DNA of 64,000 bases from the NCBI GenBank assembly GCA_014905635.1, contig JABVCE010000034.1, positions 248,001 through 312,000 on the forward strand. Reading direction: 5' to 3'. Of the stretch, positions 1-10,239 are shown piece by piece. The stretch comes from Scenedesmus sp. PABB004. Lineage: Eukaryota. Under the pieces are notes generated by a model, which worked only from the letters and a program-made list of their open reading frames with translations, did not search any database and had not been told where the DNA came from. Made by a program: the position numbers and the translations under genes. The first letter of the stretch is position 1, and every line of letters begins with the position of its first letter.

Positions 1-548
1 GTTTTGACTTGTGCGCGTGTGTTCGCGTGTGTGGATGGCGCTGTGAGCGCGACGATGATGTATCACCAGCCGGGGCGCTGCTGCAGCGCGGCGCTTCATT
101 GACCGCCTGACGTTTGAGCACACACCAACAACACACGCCTGGCGCGGCGGCGCGCGCGCTCGCCGCGCCGCCGGCCCGCGCGACGCAGCTTTCTGGCGCG
201 GCCCGGACGAACCAAGTGTGGCACTGACCTGCTGCTGCTGGGGTGGGGCTGGGGCTGGGGCGCTGGGCGGGGGAGAGCTGTGCGCCCAGCGCGGCGGCGC
301 GCGGGCGGCGGGCGCTGTCGGTGCCTGCAGGCGCTGCGCGCGCGATCGATTGATCGGCGGCGCGGCCGGTTTGGGGGCCGGCGCTGGCGGGGAGCGGGGG
401 CTGTGCAGTGAGCGTGTGCCAGCGTGTCCCCCTGCATCGCAGAAAACGAGTAACGACGCCGACGGAACGGAGCCGCTCGGTTGCACCCCCGGCAGCAGCA
501 CCGCCGCACCGCGCCGCGCCGCGCCGCCGGGCGCGCGCGCCGGACGCG

Positions 549-2059
549 TCACTGCTTGGCGTACGTCAGCGTCATCGCGCGCTCGGGCGTGATCTTGAAC
601 CCCTGCAGCCCCGCCATCGCGGTGCCCGCGCTGAGCGCGCTGTCAAACTCGACAAACGCGATGCCGGGGCGGCTCTCCACCATGCGCACCTGCGCACACG
701 CACGCGCGTGTGTGTGTGTGTGGGTGGGTGCGGGTGGGTGGGTGGGTGGAAGGGTGGGTGGCAGCGGCAGGCGGCGGGCGGCGGCGACCGCCAGCGCGCG
801 CGCGCGAGCGCGACCCGCCGGCCAGGCCCCCCCCCCCCCTGCCCGGGCGGCGGCGGCGGCGCGGTGTCACCTCGGCGAAGCCCGGGTACTGCTGGAACAG
901 CAGCGTGAGCATGCCGCTCGTGGTCGCCTCGGGCAGGCCCGTGGCAAACAGGATCTTGTGCGGCGGCGCCGCGCCGTCGGCGGCGCCCGCGCCCGCCGCG
1001 GCGCCCGCGGCGGCGCCGCCGCCGGCGGCCTTGGCCTGGCTGCGCTTGATGAGGTTGTCTGGGGAAGCAGGGGGCAGGAGGGGGGGGGCGGAGGGGGCCG
1101 TGAGCGCGCGCGCCCCGCGCCGCCGTGTGCAGCCCGCCGCCGCAGGGGCCTGCCCTCGCCCGGCGCTCACCGCGCGCGGCGGCGCTCTTCTTGCCGCGGT
1201 CCTTGTCGGGCTTGAAGCTGCCGTCCAGCTTGGCCACGGCGTCGCTCTTGGTGTGCGCGAACGAGACGCGCTGCCGGGCGCGCGGGCGGCGGCAACGGAC
1301 GGCGCGTGGGCGCGCCGCCGCGCGCTGCGCCGCCCCCTGCCGCCCCCCCCCCCCCCACACACACACACACACAAAACGCAGGCGCACGCGCAGGCGCTCA
1401 ACACACGGCCACCCCCCTCCTGCGCTCGCTCACGATGGGCTTGTCAAAGAAGGGGAAGCCCTGCATCGCGGTCTTGGCGTTTGTCGCGGCCGCGACGTCG
1501 CTGAACACCACCCACGCCTGCCCGCGCAGGCGCAGCGTCTTCAGCGCCACGACGTCGATGATCTTGCCAAACTGGCTGAACATCGCGTACAGCGCCTTGC
1601 GCAGCTCTGCGCGCGGCAGCGCGGCGGCCGGGCACACGTCGGCGGCGCGGGTCGGCGCCGCGGCCGGCCGGCGGGCGCCTGCTGCTGCCGCGACGCTGCT
1701 GCCGCGCCGCGCGGTGTGCGCCGCGGCGGGGTGCCGCTGGCTCACCCTCTTTGGGGAGCTTCTCATAGAGGTTGTTGATGTAGATCGTCTGCGGCGGCAG
1801 ACGCGGCGGCGGCAGACGCAGCGGCGGCGGCGGACGCGGCGCCCACCGGTGAGCGCACGCCGCCAGCGCCGCAGCACGTCGGAGCAGCTGCCACGCCGTC
1901 GCACCGCCGGCAGCCGCGGCGCTGCAGCGCCAAGCGGGGCAGCCGCCGGGCAGGCAGGCGGCGCGGCGCACGAGCAGCAGCAGCGCCGGCGGCCGCGCCG
2001 CGCCGCCGCGCGTCGGCGCCAGGCCGCCGCCGCACCTGGTTTGGTGCGATGTCCGCCAT
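549..2059 (-). CDS. SNRPB2: U2 snRNP B''-like (U1A/U2B''/SNF family) two-RRM spliceosomal protein; 6 exons
   Basis: Spliced translation [57 protein letters not shown]...; RRM2 [12 protein letters not shown]...[25 protein letters not shown]...YAKQ*. VALKTxxLRGQAW fits the U2B'' type better than U1A. Confidence 0.9.
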
Positions 2060-2489
2060 GGCGCCCGGCTGCGCCCCCGGGCGGTCACGCGGGGGGCGGC
2101 CCAGCCGCGTGCGCGGCGGGAGGGCCGGGCCTGCTGGTGATGCGCCGCTGCCGCCGCGCCGGGCCGCGCAGACCCGACCTGCCGCGCTGCTGCTCGATGG
2201 GACGGCCGCGGTCGGCCTCACGAGAGGCGGGGAGGCGCGATCACGGCGCGGCGGCAAGGCGAGCTGCGGGGCGCTGGGTCGACGCCTGGGCGCGTGGCTG
2301 GGCGGCCGGAGGCGCGACAGGACTGCGGGGCGAGTGCTGTGGGGGAGCCGGCGGCGGCGGCAGCACGACGCTGCCGCGCGCCGCCGCGCAGCGCTGAACC
2401 CGGACGACGCGGCCGCCGCGCGAGTGCCGAGCCCCTCGCAGCCGCCGCGCCGTGCACACGCGGCGGCCACGCCGCCGGCGCTCCTCTGC

Positions 2490-2494
2490 TTACA
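2490..2494 (-). promoter_or_regulatory. TGTAA chlorophyte polyadenylation signal for the p24 gene
   Basis: TTACA on the + strand, about 55 nt downstream of the p24 stop codon. Confidence 0.55.
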
Positions 2495-2546
2495 GCGCTC
2501 TCGCCCCTGCTGCGCGGGCCTCGCCCCCGCGCCGCCTGCGCTCTGC

Positions 2547-3889
2547 TCAGACCGTGATGCGCACGGGGCCGCCCTTGAAGAAGCCGGTCGTGACGGCGAG
2601 GTTGACGATCGTCACGCCCAGCAGCACGAGCACCTCGAGGCCGGTGTACCAGAACGTGCGCGCGTTGTTGCTTTGCTGCGCGCCGGGGCGGGGTGCGGCG
2701 GGGCGGCGGCGCGGCGGCGCGGCGCGCGGTGAGCGGCGCGCCGCCGCCGCGCCCCTCGCGCCGTGCCGCGCGCGGCGCCGCGGCGCGCGCGGCGCACCAC
2801 GGTCTTTATGTGGCGCTCGAGCTTGCGGTGGAGGTACTTTTGCTCGCCGGAGAGGATGTCGATGAGCTCGCCGACGACCATGACGTTGCGGCGCACGTCG
2901 TCGAGGTGGTCCTTGCTCGCGAGGTCCTTGCCCCTGGTGGTGGCACCGCGGCAGCAGCAGGGCGGCGGCGCGCGGGTGGGTGGGGGTGTGCGAATGTGTG
3001 TGTGTGGTGGGGGAGGGAGGGGGGGGTGTTTGGGCTGGAGGCGGTGCCCCCGCGGCGAGCGAGGGGGAACGCGGCCGCGGGCAACGCGCACGCCGTCGCC
3101 ACTGCCGCCGCCGCGGCACCACGCCCCGCGCGCCGCGCACCGCGTCTCGCCGGTGCCCTTGGGCACCTGCACCTGGCCCGGGCGGCGCAGGTGGCCGAGC
3201 GTAAAGTACACGAGGTCCGCCACGACGTCGACGTGGCTCTCAAACCCGCTGTACAGGCTGCGCCGCGTGGCAGCAGCGGCGGGGCACGCGCGTCGACGAC
3301 GCGCGCGCGCGCGGCCCCCGCTGCGGCGGCGGCGGCCGCGCGCACCAGACTTTGTACGTGCCCGGCCCGCGCGCGGCGATGTTGAAGTGCGCCTCGGTCT
3401 GCACGTTGTGCTGCGACCACATCTGGTCGCCCTGCGGGCTGTGCAGCTGCGGCGGCGCCGGCGTGCGCGGTCGGCGGCGGCGGCGCTCGAGCGCGGCGCG
3501 GAGCAGCGGCGGTTGCCGCTGTTGCCGCGCTGCGCCGCGCCGCCCTGCGCCGTCCGCAGGGCCGCACCCGCACGGTGACGGCGGGCACGTGGCCGGCAGT
3601 CCGGGGGGACACGAACAGCGCGCCCTCGACGCGCGGACCGCCGGGAACCTGGGGCGTGCGGATGGGGGCCATCAGACGCCGCCCCGCGCCCCCACGCCGC
3701 GCGCCGCGCCGCGCCCGCCCGCCCCCGGCGCCGGCGACGTGCCTGGAAGTGCTCAGACGAGATGGTCTCGGCGATGCACTCCGTCTTGCCCGGCGCGATG
3801 ACCACCTTGACGGCGCCGCTCCGCGGCGGCGCCAGCGCCAGCAGCAGCGCCAGCGCCAGGCAGCCGCCCGGCCCCGGGGTCCGGCGCAT
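2547..3889 (-). CDS. p24/emp24/gp25L (TMED) GOLD-domain cargo receptor; 6 exons
   Basis: Signal peptide MRRTPGPGGCLALALLLALA; GOLD-like VVIAPGKTECIAE...HFNIAARGPGTYKV; coiled coil EQKYLHRKLERHIKT; TM helix TFWYTGLEVLVLLGVTIVNL; tail FFKGGPVRITV*. Confidence 0.85.
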
Positions 3890-4115
3890 CCCGGTCCGCT
3901 GCTCTCGACGGTCGGCGGCGCTCAGCAGCGCGCCTGGCGCATGGCAGCGCGGGCGGGCGAGCGGCGGCGCTGCGTTCGCGCTGCTGCGTGCCGCGCACGC
4001 GGGCGGTGCGGCGGCAGGTCCTGCGGCACTGTGCTGCGCTTCGCAGCCTGCGGCGCACTGCTGGTGCCACAAACCCTGCGCGCGGTTGAGCCACTTGAGC
4101 CCTGAATAAAACCCT

Positions 4116-4618
4116 CGCGCCTGGGCCCCGCGCCGCGCCGCTGTGTAGCCGGCCATGCCTCCCGCGCCCGTGGTTCCGCGTCCGCCGCTGGGCCGCCGCC
4201 GCTCCGCCGGAGAGCGAGCAGGTCAAAGTCAAAGCCGGGGCGCCGTGCGGTGCGGCGGCGGCGGCGCGGCGGCACGGCGGCGGCGCGCGGCTCCTGCTCG
4301 TCCCGACACGCCCCGGTGGCGCCTGCTGCGCGGCGCGCAGGGGTTGGTGTGTGTGGACCGCGGCTGCTGTTGTGACGTCCGGGACCGGCACATGCGCCGC
4401 TTCGGCCGCCCGTTGCGGGGCGCAAACGAGTTGCGGCACCACGCCCGCGCCGCCCCCACCCGCGCACGCCGTCGCGGCAGTCCTGCGCGTTTGTGGCCGC
4501 GACCGCACGGCCATCACCGCGGCCACACCCTACCACGCAGGCGCGGGCACAGCGCACCACAGCGCCCGCCCGGGCGGTCGCAGGCACACCCGATCGACCC
4601 CCCGGGCGCCCGCAGCGG
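4116..4618. repeat. ~503-bp direct repeat, copy 1 (of 6268-6770)
   Basis: Base-by-base match at offset 2152 with about 5 substitutions seen; the ORF track shows duplicated translations (4155+ vs 6307+). Confidence 0.95.
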
Positions 4619-4651
4619 CTGCCAGCGATTGCCTCGGCTCGGCCGCGACCG

Positions 4652-6177
4652 TCACCGCCCAGCAGCCGTTTGACCGTCGCTGCCGTGCAACGCGCTCAGC
4701 AGCTGCAGCACGACGTCGACCTCCTGCGGCCTCAGAGCGCGCCCGTCGCCCGCCCCGCTCGGCTGCGGGCGGCCGCGGCCGTTGTCGCGCTCGGCGCCGG
4801 CTGCCTTGCTCTCGATGCCCGCGCGGCGCACGCGCGCCGCTGCTGCCGGCGGCGGCGTGCGCCTGGTGCTGGCTGCTCTAGCCGCGCCTGGGCCACGCCT
4901 GGGATGCTGGTCCTGCTGCGCCGCAGCGTCCAGCGCCCGCTGACCAGGCGCCTTGCCACGGGGCGGGGCTGGGCGCGTGTCGCCCGCTGCACTCCTGCCT
5001 GCCTTGTGACTCGCCACCCCCTCAGCCGGGCTGCTTTGCTGCTCGCGAAAGGTGCAGCCCTGCGCCGGCAGCTCCGGCGCGCGGCTTGGCGCCGCCGCGA
5101 GTCGCGGGCCCTCCAGCGCGGCCTTCAGCTCCGCCGCCAGCTCGTGCAGCTGGGCAGACACACCGCGCTGCACCGCGGCAACGTCCTCTGCGGCTCGCAG
5201 GCAGGCGGGCAGCAGCGCAGTCAGCACCAGCTTGGCCGCCCAGCACGCCGCGTGCGCCGGGCGGTGGAGCCGGCCTCCCCCTCCCAACTCTTCATACCTT
5301 GGGCGCGCTGCTGCGCCGCGGCGAGGCGCAGCTCCAGCTGGTGCAGGCAGCCCTCCGCCTCGTGCCTCACCACGCGCAGCAGGCGGCGCTCCTGGCCGGC
5401 CAGGCGCTCGCCGAGCTGCTGATGGTCACTCGCTGCCGACTGCTGCTGCTGCGTCCACGCTGCCTGCAGCGCGCCCAGCTGCGCGGCCGCCTCGGCGGCA
5501 GCCGCCTGCGCCTGCTGCAGCTCTGCCCGCAGCGCAGCGAGGCCGGCGGCTTGGTCCGCGTGGCATCGCTGCTGCACTGCCTCGTGCGCCGCCAGCTCCT
5601 CCGCCCACGCGCCGCAGTGCTGCGCGACACTGCCCTGCACCCGTGCGAGCACGCCGTCCAGCTGCTCCTGCGCCTGCTGCCAGTGGCTCCGCGCCGCGGC
5701 TCCCTGCGCCTGGAGCTGCTCGAGGCCGGCCTGGAGCCCGGCCACCGTCGCCTGCGTCGCCTCCAGCGCCGCCGCGAGCGCGCCGCCCGCCGCCACCACT
5801 TCGCCGGCCGCCGCCTCGCGCTCGCGCAGCGCCGCGGCCTGCCGCTCGAGCGCCGCCAGCCGCGCGTCGCGCTCCGCTGCGGCGGCCGCCGACGCCTCGC
5901 GCGCCGGCTGCTCCGCGGCCGCCGCCAGCGCGCTGCCCTGTTCTTCGACACGCCGCACGAGCGCGGCCTCGCTGACCGCCGCCGCCGCCTGCCCCGCGCG
6001 CACGAGGCGCGCGAGCGCCACCACCTGCGCTTCCAGGCTCGCCAGCCGCGTCGCCGCGGCCGCGCAGCCGGCACACGACGCGTCGGCGCTGTTGTGGCCG
6101 GCCCCGGCGGCCGGATGCGCCTGCGCGGCGCGTGCACGAGTGGGCATCAGCGCTGCCGTCAGCGCCGCGCTGCTCAT
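4652..6177 (-). CDS. Orphan Ala/Gln/Glu-rich coiled-coil protein; 2 exons (intron 5188-5297)
   Basis: MSSAALTAALM...RLASLEAQVVALARLVR...LAAAQQRAQ|EDVAAVQRGVSAQLHELAAELKAAL...EVDVVLQLLSALHGSDGQTAAGR*; a GT-AG intron joins the two frames in phase; no family recognised. Confidence 0.6.
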
Positions 6178-6267
6178 GCAGCGAGCGAGCGCCAGCAGCG
6201 GGCCAGCAGCGCCAGCGAGCGCCAGCTAGCGCCAGCAGCGGGCCCGCGCCAGCAGCGGGCCCGCCGC

Positions 6268-6770
6268 CGCGCCTGGGCCCCGCGCCGCGCCGCTGCGTAG
6301 CCGGCCATGCCTCCCGCGCCCGTGGTGCCGCGTCCGCCGCTGGGCCGCCGCCGCTCCGCCGGAGAGCGAGCAGGTCAAAGTCAAAGCCGGGGCGCCGTGC
6401 GGTGCGGCGGCGGCGGCGCGGCGGCACGGCGGCGGCGCGCGGCTCCTGCTCGTCCCGACACGCCCCGGTGGCGCCTGCTGCGCGGCGCGCAGGGGTTGGT
6501 GTGTGTGGACCGCGGCTGCTGTTGTGACGTCCGGGACCGGCACATGCGCCGCTTCGGCCGCCCGCTGCGGGGCGCAAACGAGTTGCGGCACCACGCCCGC
6601 GCCGCCCCCACCCGCGCACGCCGTCGCGGCAGTCCTGCGCGTTTGTGGCCGCGACCGCACGGCCATCACCGCGGCCACACCCTACCACGCAGGCGCGGGC
6701 GCAGCGCACCACAGCGCCCGCCCGGGCGGTCGCAGGCACACCCGATCGACCCCCCGGGCGCCCGCGGCGG
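6268..6770. repeat. ~503-bp direct repeat, copy 2; probable bidirectional promoter/5'UTR between the orphan gene and GYD1
   Basis: Ends 11 nt before the GYD1 ATG (6782) and starts 90 nt upstream of the orphan ATG (6177). Confidence 0.9.
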
Positions 6771-6781
6771 GCAGCAGCGGC

Positions 6782-9614
6782 ATGGTGCGGGGCAGCAGCA
6801 GCAAGGCGAGCGCGCGGCACCTCGCGCGCCTCGCCCGGGCGTACGCCGAGGGCGGCCGGTCAGCTGCTGGTGCCGTCAATGTGGGCGGCCTCGCGCGCCT
6901 GCCGGGCGGCGCGGGGCCGGCTGACGGCGGGCGCCTCGCCATCGCCCGGAAGGAGGTCGCGTCGCGCGCCATAGGTGCGTGCCGCGGCGCGTTGGCGGCA
7001 GGGGGCTGCCCCAGCGCCGCAGCCGGCGGCGCGGGGCCATCGGGCGGCGCGCCCGCGAGCGGCAGCGGCGGCGGCGCCGATGGTTGGCCGCGACGGCGAC
7101 CGCGCGGCGGAGCGGCGCCGCCGCGCCAGATCAGGCGCGGGGGCCCGCGACGGCCGTGACGTGGCGCCTCGTAGCTCGGGGTGGCAGGCAGCAGCTGCGC
7201 GGCAGCTGCTGTCGCACGCCAGCCAGCTCCGTGCGCCGCTGCAGCAGGCCGCGGCGGAGTGCTGTGCGCGGCAGCGGCCCGGGCGCCGTGCTGGCCAGCA
7301 GCCGCCCGCGGCCGCCGCCGCTCACGCGCCCCGCCCGGCGCGCCGCCCGCGCTCGCAGCGACGTCGTCCGCGGGCGCGCAGGCGCAGGCGCAGGCGGCCG
7401 TGAAGCTGGAGCAGGCGGTGGCGGTGGTGCCGGAGATCACGACCGACCTCTTCGGCGCGGTGTCGGCCGGCTGCACCGACGCCGAGGCGGGCGTGTTCAA
7501 AAACATCGACGGTGCGCGCCGCCGCCGGCTGCTGGAGGCGCGCTGGCGGGCGGCCGCTGGGGGCGCGCCGGCGCGGGGCGCAGCGGCGGGGCGCTCACCG
7601 CCGCGCGCTGACCGCGGCGGGCGCGCCGCGCCGCGCCGCGCCGCAGGTCACCGCCACGAGGACGGGCGCTACGCGGCGTTCCAGGCGGAGGTGGGCGCGT
7701 TTGTGGGGGCGGAGCGCCTCTTCACCGACCCGGTGCGCACGTTTGCCTACGGCACCGACGCGAGCTTCTACCGCCTAAACCCCAAGATGGTCGTCAAGGT
7801 GACGCAGCGGCAGCGGCGGGCGCAGCAGCGGCGGCGGGCCGCGCGCGGTGGAGCGGGGCAGCGGTGGAGCGGGGCAGCAGCGGCGCGCGCGCGGCGCGCG
7901 GCGGCGGCGCGGCGGCAGCGCGGCGGCGGCCGACGCGCCGCGCGCGGCTGCGCGCCCGCCGGTGCGCGCAGGTGCACAGCGAGGAGGAGGTGAAGCGCAT
8001 CCTGCCCATCGCGCACAAGCACGGCGTGCCCGTCACCTTCCGCGCCGCGGGTGCGGCCGCGCAGGCGGACCAGGCGGCGCGGCGCGGCGCGGCGCGGCGC
8101 GGCGGCGCGGTGCGGCGGAGTGCCGCGGCCCCGCCTGACCCGCCCCGCCCTCCCCCGCGCCGCGCCGCGCGCGCGCAGGCACGAGCCTGTCCGGCCAGGC
8201 GCTGTCTGACAGCGTGCTGCTCAAGCTGAGCCACACGGGGCGGCACTTCAGGAACTACACCATCCACGTGCGCACGGGCGCACCGCGCTGCCAGCGCGCG
8301 GCGGCGCACGCGGCGCACGCCGGCGCGCCGCAGCGGCGGCACGGCGCGCCTGAGCCCCGCTCCCGTGCGCTCCCCCCCTCTGTCCTGCGCGTGCGCGGCC
8401 GCGCAGGGCGACGGCAGCAGCATCACGGTCGAGCCGGGGCTCATCCTGGGCGAGGTCAACCGCCTGCTCGCGGGGCACGCGAAGCGGCACAAGCTGCCGG
8501 TGCAGTACAAGATGGGCCCCGACCCGAGCTCCATCGACAGCTGCATGATCGGCGGCGTCGTCGCCAACAACAGCAGCGGCATGTGCTGCGGCGTGAGCCA
8601 AAACACCTACCACACGCTCAAGGACCTCCGCGTCGTCTTTGTCGACGGCACCGTCCTCGACACCGCAGACCCCCACAGCCGCGAGTCCTTCCTCCGGGTG
8701 CGCGCGGCCGCGCGTGCTGTGCTGTACGCTGCGCGCTGCGCTGCGCGCGGCCAGCGCGCAAGCAGTGCGTGGCGGCTGCCCCGAGCTGGGCGCAGCGCTG
8801 CGCCGGCGTGTGCCCGCGCTGCGCGCCGACGCGCCCACCGCCCACCCGCCGCCGCGCCCGCAGAGCCACCGCGCGCTGTGCGACGGCGTGAGCGCGCTCG
8901 CGCGGTGCGTGCAGGCCGACCGCGAGCTGACCAACCTCATCCGCCGCAAGTTTGCGATCAAGTGCACCACCGGTGACCGCACCGCGCCGCCGCTGGCCGG
9001 GCGGGGGCCCGGGCCCGCCCGCCGCGCGCTCCCACACCACCCCCACGCGCGCACACCACGCGCAGCCTCACGTCCCTCCTCACTCCTCACTCTTCCTCAC
9101 TCATCCTCACTCTTCCTCACTTGTCCTCACTCCTCACCCCCCCCCCACCCTTAACCCCACCAGGCTACAGCCTCAACGCGCTCGTTGACTTCCCGGCCGA
9201 CGAGCCGATCGAGGTCATCAAGCACCTCCTCATCGGCAGCGAGGGCACGCTCGGCTTCGTCTCGCAGGCCACCTACAACACCGTGCCAGAGTGGCCCAAC
9301 AAGGCCTCAGCGTTCATCGTCTTCCCAGACGTGAGCCGGGGACGCGGCGCGCGTGGCAGGCCGCGGGAGGCCGCGGGGCGGGCGCGCGCGCGCGCGCGCG
9401 GGGCTGCGCGCGGCCGGCCGGCCGGCGGCAGCTGTCGCCGCGCGCGGGCGCCCGCCGACGCGCCGCGCGCGCTGTGCGCCCGCGCGCGCCGGCCCGCAGG
9501 TGCGCGCCGCGTGCCAGGCGGCGTCCATCCTGCGCGACGAGACGGCGGTGGACGCGGTGGAGCTGTTTGACCGGTGCGGCGCCCGTGCTGCTCTGCGCCG
9601 CCGCGCGCCGCCCA

Positions 9615-9667
<53 letters not shown>

Positions 9668-10199
9668 ACGCCGCGCCGCGCCGCCGCAGCGCGTCGCTGC
9701 GCGAGTGCGAGGCTGACGAGGACATGGCGCGCCTGGTGCCCGACATCCTCGGCGCTGACCCCATGGCCGCGGCGCTGCTCATCGAGTGCAGGCGCGCGGA
9801 CCGCTGCGGCCGCTGCCGCGCCGCGCACCTGGCCGCCTGGCCGCCTGGCCGCCGCCCCCGGCGCGCCCCCGCCCGCCGCGTGCGCTGAGCCCCACGCCGC
9901 CGCCGCCCGCTGGCCCCCTCCTGCCCGCCCGCAGGGGCCGCGACGCTGGCTCGCTGGAGGCCAACATCGACGAGGTCAACCGCGCGCTGCTGCGCCACGG
10001 GCTGCCGTTTGGCGCCAAGGCCGCGGCGCCGCAGCCGCTGAGCGCGTACCCCTTCAGCCACGACGCGGGGGTGCGTGTGTGTGTGTGGGAGGGGGGGGGG
10101 GCGCGGGGCCTGGGCCTAGGGGGATGTTCGAGGGAGGGGCACTGGCGCCGGCCCGGCGCTCCTCGCGCGCCGCCGCGCGCGCCCGCCACACCCACCCAC

Positions 10200-10239
<40 letters not shown>

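Noticed and set aside
4116..6770. LTR retrotransposon/TRIM interpretation of the direct repeats
   Set aside because: No TG..CA termini, short TSD, primer-binding site or gag/pol motifs were seen, and copy 2 abuts the GYD1 start codon like a native promoter.
10200..10239. Long C homopolymer (also the G run at ~23048-23072) as a special element
   Set aside because: Intronic homopolymers of unreliable length; covered by the intron skew finding.
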